Shown here piece by piece: positions 42,047 through 52,369 of a stretch of DNA of 64,000 nt. The stretch spans positions 64,001-128,000 of the forward strand of contig CAVVJT010000010.1 of the NCBI GenBank assembly GCA_963748625.1. Direction: 5' to 3'. Position 1 is the first letter of the stretch. Each line of letters starts with the position of its first letter. The notes below the pieces were generated by a model that saw only the letters and a list, made by a program, of their open reading frames with translations, ran no database searches and was not told the DNA's origin. The position numbers and the translations under genes are program-made. The stretch is from an uncultured Chloroflexia bacterium. Its GTDB lineage: Bacteria > Chloroflexota > Limnocylindria > Limnocylindrales > CSP1-4.

Positions 42047-42361
42047 GCCGGGCCGTGCCTCCGTATCGCTTGTGGGTGTCGCCTGAGGGCCTGAGTCTAG
42101 GGCGCATCGGGGTCGCGCGGTGTCACGCAGGGTGCGCCCCGCGCTGGTCACGCCGGTCGCGTCCGCGTCGAGCCGGTCGACGCGTGCTGCACCGTGCTCT
42201 GCGGCTACCCGCAGTCGCTGGAATCCCTCGTTGCAAGCACTTGACCGCCCGCGACCGTCATCTTGCGCGGCGCTTGACGACGCCGAGTCACCACTCCAGC
42301 TCGGACGGGACCGGCGCGGCACTCACGGGGCTCAAACCAGCGACGGCCTGTCGCCAATGCA

Positions 42362-43126
42362 TCACCGGCCCAGCCGGACGCCACGAGGCGGGGCATCAAG
42401 GAGGATGCCGCTGCCCGCCTCGATCCGCATCCAGACAACCGCCGGCCCCGGCCAGACCGCCTCACCCCGCAAGGATGCGACGGCGTCGGCGGTCCGTGCC
42501 GGGTAGGCGGCCGAGAGGGTGAGCGCGTACGCGTTCGCGAGCGCTCGCAGGTCGACCGTCGAGCGCAACACAAGGAGGCGCGACGTGTGACAGATCCTTG
42601 ACCCGTGCTGGGACGCGAACCGCCAGAGCTCCGATGAAGGCAGTGACTGCTCCTTCTCGCGGTGCCAGCGGATCTGCTGCTCCAGGCGTTCGACGCGGCC
42701 CTGGATCTCGGTCGCCACCATCACGTCGCCGGACGTGTCGTCGAGGACAACGTCGATCACGCCTCGAGCCGGGTCGAAGACCACCACCTCCGGCGAGGGA
42801 ATCCATCGCCCGTCGAGCACGCGCAGCAGCCCCTCCTCCATCGGGGCCTGCGTCCGGTCATGGATGATCGGGCCCGTCGTAGGGTAGAGACGCAGGCTGA
42901 GGTCGGCGCCGAGGACCAGGCCGATGGCCGCGAGCACGTCCAGGCTGGCCTCACGGTCCCCGGACTCGATCAGGCGCTCATAGCCGGGCGACAGCCCCGC
43001 GGCGAGTGCGAGGCGACGGCGCGAAATGCCCGCGTCCTCGCGCAGTCGCCGCACCGCCCGGCCCGTCCCACGGCGGATGTCGACCGCCCTCCGTCGTGCA
43101 TCCTGTTGCAGCTTCGTCTCACCCAT
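42362..43126 (-). CDS. XRE-type HTH protein with a C-terminal PD-(D/E)XK-like domain
   Basis: VRRLREDAGISRRRLALAAGLS...LIESG HTH, then EV...GVIDVV...ATEIQG; GGAGGGAG RBS before ATG 43126. Confidence 0.7.
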   Translation of the reverse strand: MGETKLQQDARRRAVDIRRGTGRAVRRLREDAGISRRRLALAAGLSPGYERLIESGDREASLDVLAAIGLVLGADLSLRLYPTTGPIIHDRTQAPMEEGLLRVLDGRWIPSPEVVVFDPARGVIDVVLDDTSGDVMVATEIQGRVERLEQQIRWHREKEQSLPSSELWRFASQHGSRICHTSRLLVLRSTVDLRALANAYALTLSAAYPARTADAVASLRGEAVWPGPAVVWMRIEAGSGILLDAPPRGVRLGR

Positions 43127-43217
43127 GGCTCCCTCCCGGCGGGTCGCGTGGCAGGACACCGGACTCCAGTGTGTGATCCGCTGCTTATGGGAGGCTTGTG
43201 CGCCGTACCCTTCCGGT

Positions 43218-43973
43218 ATGGATCGATCTCGACACTTGGTGGAACGATCTCCCGGCCGACGCAGCCGCAGGCCTCGCGGCGACCTGGATCCCGGTGGGCC
43301 TGCCCGGCTTCGCGGGCGACGCCAAACACCGCCGTACCGAAATCCTCGACGAGCGTTTCGGGCCGGACGGCTGGCGCCAGGCGCACGTGGTCCGCGGGAC
43401 GGGTCGTGGGCTTCGACGAGGCGATTGCGGAGTACGAGGAGGCCTACCGGGTGTTCCTGCGCGAGCGGCCGGAGCTCGTGCGCTTTCTCGTCGAGGCGTG
43501 CGGCAACGTGTACGACGACCGCGTCGAGAATGTCCACGACACCGCGTACGTCCAGCCGCACACGGTTCAGAACCACTACCAGGACATCAGCGTGCGGCGC
43601 GTGATCGCCGAGCTGGTGGGCGATCCCTCCTGGTCATGGGTGACCGACACGCCTGGCGGCGAGGCCGACCTGCTCGACGCGGGCACGGGAGCCATCCACC
43701 GCGTCCCGCGGGCCCGCGGCTTCCGCGGCGGGCTGCTCCTGCAGATCCGGGACCCGCGCTCGCCCGGGTACGTGCTCAATCCGGCCGTCGTGCCAGTCCA
43801 CGACCCGGCGCTGATCACCGACCATCCCCGATCGCACCGAGTGGTACCACCGGGAGGGCTGCGGGCACCTCTCGGTCGAGGCCTTCTGGCAGACCTCGAA
43901 GGTCATCGAGGTGCGCTACGACCGCTTCCTCGCGCTCGGCGACGACCGCCCGGAACCGCTCGCCGGCCTGTGA
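43218..43973 (+). pseudogene. Uncharacterised protein broken by three single-base insertions (~43221, ~43397, ~43828), possibly sequencing errors
   Basis: Joined frames read M-IDLDTWWNDL...PGFAG...GWRQAH / YEEAY...NVYDD...NHYQDISVRR...LLQIR...PGYVLNP / WYHREG...SVEAFWQTSKV*; TACCCT-N6-ATG upstream; stop overlaps the next start. Confidence 0.7.
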
Positions 43974-44924
43974 CGGGCGCCGCCGCCGCACCGGACGCCG
44001 CCGCCCCGGATGCCGACGCCCCGGATGGCGACGACGCCACCCGCCGCCTGCTCCTGGGACCCGCCAGCCTCGACATCTACGTCGGGCGCGACCTGGTCCT
44101 CCCCGGCGGTGGCGCCCTGAACATGGCGTGGCACCTGGCCGGCGCCGGACGCCCCTGGCACCTCCTCACCCGCGTCGGCGACGACCGGCCAGCGGTGTTC
44201 CGCGCCTTCCTCGAGCGCCACCGGCTGCCGGTGACATCCGACCTCGTCGCGGAGGGCACGTCGGCCTCGATCGACATCGTCATCCAGCCCGATCTCCAGC
44301 CCTTCATGGACAACTTCGTCGAAGGCGTGTGGGCCGCCTACCGCTCGACAGCCGACGAGGAGCGGCGGATCGCGCAGGCCGACCGCCTGCACGTCGTCCT
44401 GGTCGAGGGCGCCGTCCGCGAGCTCGAGCGCCTCCATGCGGGCGGGCACCTGGAACGCCCCGAGGTGAGCGCCGACTTCCTCGGCTTCCGCCACTACAGC
44501 GTCGATCGATTCGCCAGCACCATGCGTGCCGTCGACATCGGCTTCGTCGGCTGGCCGGGCGACCCGAGCGACGCGACGGTCCGCGGGCTCGTCGAGGTCG
44601 CTCACGCGCTGGGCAGGCTCGTCGTCGATCACGTTCGGCTCGCAGGGTGTGCTCGTGGCCGACGCCCGCGACGGGGACACGGACACGTGGGTTCCCGTGG
44701 ACTCGGTGGAGGTCCAGGGCACCACGGTTGGCTGCGGCGACGCCTTCGTGGCGCACTTCCTCGATGCGTGGGGCCGGACGGCCGGCGACGTCCTGGCCGC
44801 AGTCGAAGCAGGCAAAGCCGCGGGAGCCGAGGCTACACGTTGGCGCCGGCCACTCCCGGACACTGCGTATGGATCTGGAGCCGCCGAGGCCCTACGGCGC
44901 GCCGACGAGGCGGCAGCCAGCTGA
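43970..44924 (+). CDS. PfkB-family carbohydrate kinase, one frameshift at ~44626
   Basis: PGGGALNMA, RVGDD; after the shift ITFGSQG...TVGCGDAF. Confidence 0.82.
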
Positions 44925-45559
44925 TCAGCCCTCGCCAGCGCATCGACCGCCACGCGCACGCCCAGCACCACGAGGACGGTTCCCGTCAATCCTTCGAGCA
45001 GCTGCCGGCCGCGGCCGCGCAGGATCCGGTCGCCGAAGCGGGCGAGCAGCCAGCCGTACACGATGAGCCAGACGATGTTCTCGGCCGCATGGATCCCGGC
45101 CAGGGCCACGGAGGTGACAAGCGGCGGCGCGCCCGGCGGGATGAACTGCGGCAGCAGGGTCGCGTAGAACACGCCGATCTTGGGGTTCAACAAGTTCGTG
45201 AGGAGACCGCTGCGGAAGGCCGCCCAGCGCGTCATCGGCTCGTGCTCGACTCCCTGCGCCTCGCGCGGGTCGCCCGCGAGGGCTGCCCGGAACGCCGTCA
45301 CGCCGAGGTAGACCAGGTACGCGGCGCCCGCCAGCCGCAGCACCAGGAACAGCTCCGCCGACGCCGCCATCAACGCCGCGATCCCCAGCGAGGATGCCGC
45401 ACCCCATGCGAGCAGCCCCGCGCAGGTGCCCAGCGCCGTCGGAACGACCACCGCCTGGCCGCCGCGCAGCACGTTGCGCAGCATGACGGCCATGTCCGGC
45501 CCGGGTGAGAGCGTGAGCAGCGCGGCGACGCCCGCGAACGCGAGGAAGGCCGGGTCCAC
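44925..45559 (-). CDS. LysE/RhtB-family translocator
   Basis: LSPGPD, GAAYLVYLG, TNLLNPKIGVF, LPQF. As sequenced it reads through to 43916, antisense to pfkB; a TGA at 44925 is one base out of frame. Confidence 0.85.
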
Positions 45560-45563
45560 CCGC

Positions 45564-45836
45564 CTAGCCGATCACGAAGCCCACGGCGACCGCGACGAAG
45601 CCCGCGATCACCACGAGGCCCGCCTTCTGGACCTGCCGGCGTAGGACCTCCATCGCCACGGACGCGCCGGTCTTGGAGTCAGGGCGGGAGCCGCCGCGCC
45701 ACGCCTCGTAGCGCGCGATGTTGGCGTCCTGCTCCTTGAGCGCCTGCAGCCGTCGATAGGGGCCCATCGCCCGCTGCACGCCCACCACGATCAGCACGAT
45801 GCCTGCCGCAATGAGCGCCAGGCCTGCGATACCCAC
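45564..45836 (-). CDS. Small 2-TM hypothetical protein
   Basis: Tightly packed between gatB and the LysE gene; two hydrophobic helices. Confidence 0.75.
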   Translation of the reverse strand: MGIAGLALIAAGIVLIVVGVQRAMGPYRRLQALKEQDANIARYEAWRGGSRPDSKTGASVAMEVLRRQVQKAGLVVIAGFVAVAVGFVIG

Positions 45837-45840
45837 GTCG

Positions 45841-47334
45841 TCAGCCCTCCCCGCCCAGGCGCAACCGGACGAGCGCGGTCACCTTCGCCGCGTCGGCCGC
45901 ACCACCCGTGCGTTTCATCACCTGGCCCACGAAGAACCCCCCGACGGGCTTGCCGACCCGGAAGTCCTCGACGGCCCTGGGATTTGCGGCGATCACCGCA
46001 TCGATGTGCCCCAGCAGGGCGGCATCGTCCGAGATCGGACCCGGACCTGCGCTGCCGAGCAGGTCGGCGGCGAGCGTCCCCTCCGCGAGGTGCCGCGCCA
46101 GCAGGTCCCGGCCCGTCGGCCGCGAGACCGTGCCATCCACGATGGCGGCCAGCAGGGTTGCGATGTCCGCAGGGCGCGAGGCGCCGGCCGTCCCGTCCAC
46201 GTTGTACCCGGACTCCTTGGCCAAGCGCGCCTGGGTCCCGGTGACGAAGTTCACGACCTCCTTGGCGGGCACCGGCCCGGCGCCCATGATCGCCTCGAAC
46301 GCCCGGGCCATGCCCGGATCGGCCACCAGGACGCCGGCGTCATAGGCGGACAGCCCGAGGTCCACGTACCGCGCCCGGCGCGCGCCCGGCAGCTCCGGCA
46401 GAGCCGAGCGCACGCGCGCGATCCACGCCTCGTCCACCGCCAGTGGCGGCAGGTCGGGCTCGGGGAAGTAGCGGTAGTCCTCGGACGTCTCCTTGGAGCG
46501 CATCCGGTACGTCACCTGGCGCCCGTCGTCCCAGCCGCGGGTCTCCATGTGCAGCGGAGCGCCGGCGTCGAGCGCGGTTCCCTGCCGCTCGATCTCGTAG
46601 GCGATCGCCCGCTCGACGGCCCGGAACGAGTTCATGTTCTTGACCTCGACCCGCGTTCCGAACGGCTCCGTGCCGCGCGGCCGCAGCGACACGTTCGCCT
46701 CGACGCGCATCTGGCCGCGCTCCATGTCCGCGTCCGAGGCGCCGATCGCCCGCAGCAGCAGCTGGAGCTCCTCCGCGTAGCGGCGGGCCTGCTCTGCCGT
46801 CCGGATGCAGGCCTCGGTCACGACCTCCATCAGTGGCGCGCCGGAGCGGTTGAAGTCGACCAGGGTGGTTCGCGGTGCGCCGGATCCGGTGGCCTCCCCG
46901 TGGATCAGCTTGGCCGTGTCCTCCTCGAGGTGGGCGCGGCGGATCTCGACCGTGAATGGCCCATCGGACGTCTCGACCGCCAGCCTCCCGTAGGCTGCGA
47001 GCGGGATGGCGTACTGGCTGATCTGGTAGCCCTTGGGCAGGTCCGGGTAGAAGTAGTTCTTCCGCTCCCACTGGGTGTGCGCTGGGACCTCGGCGTCGAT
47101 CGCGAGGCCTGTCGCGATCACGAACTCGACCGCCTGGCGGTTGATGACCGGCAGTGCGCCGGGCAGGCCGAGGCACACCGGGCAGCAGTGGGTGTTGGGC
47201 GCGGCGCCGTCGTATTCGGTGGAGCAGGCGCAGAACATCTTGCTGCGCGTCCGCAGTTGCGTGTGGATCTCGATCCCGATGACCGGCTCGTAGCGCTCGA
47301 GGATCGCGGCGACCTTGTCCGCCGTCGCCGTCAT
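45841..47334 (-). CDS. gatB: Asp/Glu-tRNA amidotransferase subunit B
   Basis: IGIEIHTQL, CPVCLGLPGALP, RKNYFYPDLPKGYQISQ, HLEED, DYRYFPEPDLPP. Confidence 0.99.
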   Translation of the reverse strand: MTATADKVAAILERYEPVIGIEIHTQLRTRSKMFCACSTEYDGAAPNTHCCPVCLGLPGALPVINRQAVEFVIATGLAIDAEVPAHTQWERKNYFYPDLPKGYQISQYAIPLAAYGRLAVETSDGPFTVEIRRAHLEEDTAKLIHGEATGSGAPRTTLVDFNRSGAPLMEVVTEACIRTAEQARRYAEELQLLLRAIGASDADMERGQMRVEANVSLRPRGTEPFGTRVEVKNMNSFRAVERAIAYEIERQGTALDAGAPLHMETRGWDDGRQVTYRMRSKETSEDYRYFPEPDLPPLAVDEAWIARVRSALPELPGARRARYVDLGLSAYDAGVLVADPGMARAFEAIMGAGPVPAKEVVNFVTGTQARLAKESGYNVDGTAGASRPADIATLLAAIVDGTVSRPTGRDLLARHLAEGTLAADLLGSAGPGPISDDAALLGHIDAVIAANPRAVEDFRVGKPVGGFFVGQVMKRTGGAADAAKVTALVRLRLGGEG

Positions 47335-47594
47335 CCGATCACCTCCAGGCCCACGGTCATCAGGTACATCCCATACAGCGAGATCGAGATCCAGACCACG
47401 GCCGCCAGCACGCTGCGCGCGACCGAGCGGACCCGCACCCGCTCATGCACCGGCTTGGCCGCCTCGACCATCGCGCGCGTCGGATCCCCTTCACGGACGA
47501 AGGGCACCAGCGCGGAGCGGGCCGCAGCGTAGCCGTACCACGTGCCGACCGCGATGGCGACCAGCCCGGTGCACACGAGGACGAGCGCGAGCAT
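47331..47594 (-). CDS. Small 2-TM hypothetical protein coupled to gatB
   Basis: ATG at 47594 (MLALVLVCTG...); stop overlaps the gatB ATG. Confidence 0.7.
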   Translation of the reverse strand: MLALVLVCTGLVAIAVGTWYGYAAARSALVPFVREGDPTRAMVEAAKPVHERVRVRSVARSVLAAVVWISISLYGMYLMTVGLEVIG

Positions 47595-47694
47595 CGCCGG
47601 TGAGTTTCGCACACGATGGCCGGCACCGGCACCGGCTGCGCGGGTCCGGGCGGGGTTCGGACACGAGGCGGCGGAGCCTCGCGCGGCCGGCGGC

Positions 47695-48095
47695 TCAGAC
47701 CTCTGCAGGCAGCAGCTGGAGCAGCGCCTGCTGGATCGCCTCGTGGAGACGGGCCCCGTCGGCTGGCCGTACAGCGGCACCACGCCGTGGGGCGGGTCGT
47801 CCTCCATGTTCGAGAGGCCGAGGCCCGGGAACGTGAGCACGATCGGGACGGTCGGATGGGCACGCCGGAGGCCGAGGATCAGGTCCTCCGATCCGTCGAG
47901 GTCGCCGCTGGCCCATGCGTCGTACACGAGGACGTCCGACTCGGCGGCGAGCCTGCACGTGCCTCCCGCGAGGATGGGGCACGAGTTGGCCGTCGGGCCG
48001 CTGCATTGCTCGACCTGGTAGCCGAGCCGCCGCAGCGACTCCACCTCCTGGTCGGCGAGATCGATGTCATGGTGGACGACGAGCGCTCTGGTCAT
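47695..48095 (-). CDS. Atypical receiver-like protein with a Cys cluster, one frameshift at ~47755
   Basis: MTRALVVHHD...LGYQVEQCSGP...CPI...C...VLVYD...PIVLT; the C-terminus ARLHEAIQQAL is in another frame and needs one more G. Confidence 0.6.
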
Positions 48096-48243
48096 GGCGC
48101 GTACCTCGGGGACCCGGGCCGACGGACGCCGACTCCGCTGGATCGCAGGGTGCGCGCGGTCGGCCCGGCCGGGAAGGGCCGGGCGTCACCAATCGGCGTG
48201 GCGGATCGATCCGGCGGCGGACCCGCAGGCCCTCCAGGCCGGT

Positions 48244-49448
48244 CTAGTAGCGGTGGCGCTCCACGAACCGCCCGATGCGCTCCAGCGCTTCTTCGAGCTT
48301 CTCGTACGAGGTCGCGTAGCACATGCGGACGTGCCCTTCGCCGGACGGCCCGAAGGCGTTGCCCGGGCACGCAGGCGACGGCCTCCTCCTCGATCAGCCG
48401 CTCGACGAACTCGTCGGACGTCATGCCCGTGGAGCTGATGTCCGGGAAGGCGTAGAACGCGCCCCGCGGCTCGAACGTGGGCAGGCCCAGCGCGTTGAGG
48501 CCGTCCACAAGCAGACGCCGGCGGCGGTCGTACTCGGACCGCATCGCCTCCACGTCGGCCTCGCCGTCGGTGATCGCGACCAGCGCCGCGTCCTGGGCGA
48601 CCGACGGGGCCGACATGATCCCGTACTGGTGGACCTTGACGATGCCCTCGAGCAGATGGGCGGGAGCGCACAGCCACCCCACGCGCCAGCCGGTCATCGC
48701 GTAGGCCTTCGAGAAGCCGCCCATCAGGATCGGTGCGCTCGAACATGCCCGGCAGGGACGAGAACGCGCGGTGCCGGTAGCTGCCGTAGGCAAGGCGGTC
48801 GTAGATCTCGTCGCTGTAGACGAGCAGGTCGTGGCGCTCGGCGATGCGGGCGAGCTCGTCCTGCACGTCGTCGTCGAGGACGGCGCCGGTCGGGTTGGCG
48901 GGGTAGCCCAGGAACAGCGCCTTCGTCTTCGGCGTGATCGCGGCCTCGACAGCCGCGGGATCCAGCGCGAAGTCGTCATCGAAGCTCGTCGGCACGTGCA
49001 CGACGGTCCCGCCCGCGAACACGATCGCCGGCACGTATGCGACGTAGCTGGGCTCGTGGAGGATGACCTCGTCGCCGGGATCGCAGGTCGCGCGGAGGGC
49101 CAGGTCCACGGCCTCCGACGCGCCGACCGTGATCAGGATCTCGCTCGCCGGGTCGTAGCGGACGCCGTAGAGCCGTTGCAGGTGATCCGACAGGGCCCGC
49201 CGCAGCTCGATGGTCCCGTAGTTCGAGGTGTAGTGGGTGCGGCCCTCGCGCAGGCTCTCGACGCCGGCCTCGACGATGTGGCGGGGCGTGTCGAAGTCGG
49301 GCTCGCCGACACCGAGGCTGATGACGTTGTCCATCGTTGCCGCGATGTCGAAGAAGCGCCGGATACCGGACGGCGGGACGGCATGGACCCGCTGCGACAG
49401 GGCACGCTCGGCAAGCGGGGCGCGAGCGGAGGAGGCGTCGTTCGTCAT
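48244..49448 (-). CDS. Class I/II PLP aminotransferase, two frameshifts (~48732, ~48363)
   Basis: SLGVGEPDF, YPANPTG, SDEIY / GFSKAYAMTGWRVG, GAFYAF / AFGPSGEGHVRMCYA...RY*. Confidence 0.9.
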
Positions 49449-49812
49449 GGATGAAGCGTACGCCACGGACGGCCGGACCGGACAGCGCGGTGGCCAAGGG
49501 TTGCCCGCATCCCAACGTCTGTGACGGCCCGACCGGGGTTGTGTCCCAGCTCCCGGCACCCGGTTCCCGGCACCCGGTTCGGCTGCGGCTCGGCTCCGGC
49601 TCGGCTCCCGGCCCGACTCGTCGTCGTCGCCCGGGGATGCGCGGCCAGCGTGCGTACGGGCGGGTGCCCTGCGACTCCTGCGCGCCTGGCGCACGGGAAC
49701 GATGCTCCCCGGGCCCGGGAGGCGCGGAGATGCGCGCTGGGCGCGCAGGAGTGACGGGTCACGCTCCCGTAGGCTCGCCTGGCGCGCACCGGCACGGGCG
49801 AGGGCCGGCGGC

Positions 49813-49853
49813 GGGGGCCAGGGGCGGGGCCAGGGGCGGGGCCAGGGGCGGGG
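49813..49853 (+). repeat. 12-bp tandem repeat GGGGCCAGGGGC with seven G4+ tracts
   Basis: Read directly. Confidence 0.9.
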
Positions 49854-50065
49854 CCGGTACCGGGGCAGGCACAGAAGGACGGGATGCTTCCCGCGTCGGC
49901 CGCGGCAGCCCAGAGTAGGCTGCGTGTGTGAGCAATGGCAATGGATCCGGTCCCGCGCGCCGACCGCTGCGCGCGGAGCCACCGCGAAGTCACGGTTCCG
50001 CTCGTGCCGGAAGCAGGGTTCCTGTCCGCGTTGACACTCCGGGCATCGCCGGGACGGACAGCGCG

Positions 50066-50428
50066 ATGCATGATGGCCGCGGCGGGGCGGACGGGGCGGG
50101 CTGGGACGGGCGGGGCGACACGAGCGCCTTCGACCGAGTGGTCCGCCTGCTGGTGGTCGCGACCGGGGTGGCCGCCTGGTGGGTGGCGGGCCTGCTGGTG
50201 CTGCTCGCCATGATGCTCGAGCCACGGGACGGGCTCGCGGGTGGAGCGTCGATGTTCAAGGCAGCCGATGCCATCGGGTGGGTCGTGATCGGCGCGTTCG
50301 TGCTCCGGGATGCCCGGGCACGCCGGCGGCGCACCCTCGCCCTGGGCCTCGCCGCCTGGGCGTGGGTGTTCGCACTCTCGTGGCTCGTCGGCCAGACGGC
50401 GTCGCTGTCGACGGGCGTTCCCGCGTAG
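50066..50428 (+). CDS. Small 3-TM hypothetical protein
   Basis: Hydrophobic segments in ORF 49928..50428; start uncertain. Confidence 0.6.
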   Translation: MHDGRGGADGAGWDGRGDTSAFDRVVRLLVVATGVAAWWVAGLLVLLAMMLEPRDGLAGGASMFKAADAIGWVVIGAFVLRDARARRRRTLALGLAAWAWVFALSWLVGQTASLSTGVPA

Positions 50429-50458
50429 GCGCGCCACCGGGCGTGGGGGCTCCTCGCG

Positions 50459-52033
50459 TCAGCGCGACGCGGAGCGCTCCGACGGTGTGGGCGTGGACGG
50501 GTCATCCAGCGCGGCCAGGGCATGGGGCATCACGGATCGCCACGCCGCGTCGGCGGTGGCCCCCTCGTAGCCGCGCGCCAGCCGGACGAGCCCGCCCTCC
50601 GTCCAGGCGCCGCCGATCATCTGCAGGCCAACGGGCAGGCCGTCGGCGAGGCCGCACGGGATCGACATGCCGGGCAGGCCCGCCATGCTCACCGGCAGCG
50701 TGCAGGCGTCGGAGAGATACATCTGGACGGGATCGTCCACCTTGGCCCCGAGGGCCCAGGCGACCTGCGGCGAGGTCGGTGCGACGAGCGCGTCGAACCC
50801 GGCCTCCCAGAGGGCGTCGAAGTCCCGCTTGATCAGCGTCCGCGTCTTCTGCGCCTTCACGTAGAACGCGTCGTAGTAGCCGGTGGACAGCGCGTACGTG
50901 CCCAGCATGATCCGGCGCTTGACCTCGGGACCGAAGCCGCCGCCCCGGGTCGCGAGGTAGTTCGCGAGATAGTCGTCGGCGGCCCTGGAGCTGGCGCCGA
51001 ACCGCACGCCGTCGTAGCGGGCCAGGTTCGCGGAGGCCTCGGCCGGCGCGACGATGTAGTAGGTGGCCAGGCCGTAGTCCGTGTGGGGGAGGCTGACCTC
51101 CTCCACGGTCGCACCAGCAACCTCGAGGGTCGCAACCGCCTCACGGATCCGCGCCTCCGTCCCGGCGTCCATGCCGGCGACGAAGTACTCCTTCGGCAGC
51201 CCGAAGCGCTTGCCTGCGAGATACGCCGCGGCCTCGTCGTCCGAGGAGGGCAGCGCGACGAGATCGGTGGGGACGGGTACCGGCGCAGACGTGGAATCCC
51301 GCTCATCGCGGCCGGCCACCGCGTGCAGCAGCGCCGCCGCATCACGCACATCGCGACCGAACGACCCGACCTGGTCCAGCGAGGAGGCGAAGGCCACGAT
51401 CCCGTACCGGCTCACGCGCCCGTACGTGGGCTTGATGCCGACGATGCCCGTGAGCGAGGCCGGCTGGCGGACGGAGCCGCCCGTGTCGGTTCCGATCGAG
51501 ACCGGCGCCTGGAACGCGGCGACCGACGCTGCCGACCCGCCCGACGAGCCGCCCGGCACACGGTCGAGGTCCCACGGGTTGGACGTGGGGCCATACGCCG
51601 AGTGCTCCGTCGACGAGCCCATCGCAAACTCGTCCATGTTGGTCTTGCCCAGGATCACGGCGCCGGCGTCGCGCAGGCGCTCGGTGATGTGAGCGTCGTA
51701 CGGCGCGCGGTAGCCCTCCAGGATCCGGGAACCAGCGGTGCACTGGCCACCGGCGACCGACACGAGGTCCTTGAGCGCGACCGGGATGCCGAGCAGCGGG
51801 TGGAGGGCGTCCAAGGCGGCCTGCCCCTCGCGCCGGGCGACGGCGAGGCGGGCGTCGGCGGTGTCGGCCTCGGCAAGTGCGCGTTCGTCATCGATGGTGA
51901 GCCAGGCGTGGAGCCCGCGGTCTGTCCGATGGGCGCGGTCCAGGTGGGCGGCGGCCAGCACGCGCGCCGTCGTTGCACCGGCGCGCAGGCGCTCGGCCAT
52001 GCCGTGGGCCGTGAGCAGCGTGAGGTCGGTCAC
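50459..52033 (-). CDS. gatA: Asp/Glu-tRNA amidotransferase subunit A
   Basis: KTNMDEFAMGSS, PGGSSGGSAA, GTDTGGSVRQPA, NLARYDG, EVKRRIMLGTY. Confidence 0.99.
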   Translation of the reverse strand: MTDLTLLTAHGMAERLRAGATTARVLAAAHLDRAHRTDRGLHAWLTIDDERALAEADTADARLAVARREGQAALDALHPLLGIPVALKDLVSVAGGQCTAGSRILEGYRAPYDAHITERLRDAGAVILGKTNMDEFAMGSSTEHSAYGPTSNPWDLDRVPGGSSGGSAASVAAFQAPVSIGTDTGGSVRQPASLTGIVGIKPTYGRVSRYGIVAFASSLDQVGSFGRDVRDAAALLHAVAGRDERDSTSAPVPVPTDLVALPSSDDEAAAYLAGKRFGLPKEYFVAGMDAGTEARIREAVATLEVAGATVEEVSLPHTDYGLATYYIVAPAEASANLARYDGVRFGASSRAADDYLANYLATRGGGFGPEVKRRIMLGTYALSTGYYDAFYVKAQKTRTLIKRDFDALWEAGFDALVAPTSPQVAWALGAKVDDPVQMYLSDACTLPVSMAGLPGMSIPCGLADGLPVGLQMIGGAWTEGGLVRLARGYEGATADAAWRSVMPHALAALDDPSTPTPSERSASR

Positions 52034-52042
52034 GACGATCCC

Positions 52043-52339
52043 CTACTCGCCGCCGAGGATCGCGGGCACGACAAAGAAGTCGCCGTCGCGCTCGGGCGCG
52101 TTGGCCAGGACCGCCGCAACCGGCAGCGACGGCCGCGCGACATCGTCGCGGAGGATGTTCTCGAGCTCGATCACCTGGGCCGTCGGCGGGATGGCGTCCG
52201 TGTCCAGCTCGGCGAGCTTCGCGTACTGCTCGAGGATGTGGTTGAGCTGACCCTCGAGGCGGGCGAGCTCCTCCCCGGTCAGCCCGAGGCGGGCGAGGTG
52301 GGCGACGTGCTCGACGTCGGCGCGGGTCAGTGAAGCCAT
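52043..52339 (-). CDS. gatC: Asp/Glu-tRNA amidotransferase subunit C
   Basis: [10 protein letters not shown]...LRDD...LANAP...FFVVP; directly upstream of gatA. Confidence 0.96.
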   Translation of the reverse strand: MASLTRADVEHVAHLARLGLTGEELARLEGQLNHILEQYAKLAELDTDAIPPTAQVIELENILRDDVARPSLPVAAVLANAPERDGDFFVVPAILGGE

Positions 52340-52369
52340 GCCCGGATGATACGTGGGCAATGGCCAGGA

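Noticed and set aside
42662-45559. Apparent giant ORFs (42662..45508 on + and the 547-aa LysE on -)
   Set aside because: Frameshift read-through across separate genes.
47331-48095. Receiver-membrane protein fusion (254 aa)
   Set aside because: Better explained as two genes joined by a missing G at ~47755.
50031-50036. TTGACA as a sigma-70 -35 box
   Set aside because: No -10 at suitable spacing; it overlaps the GTTGAC element-end motif.
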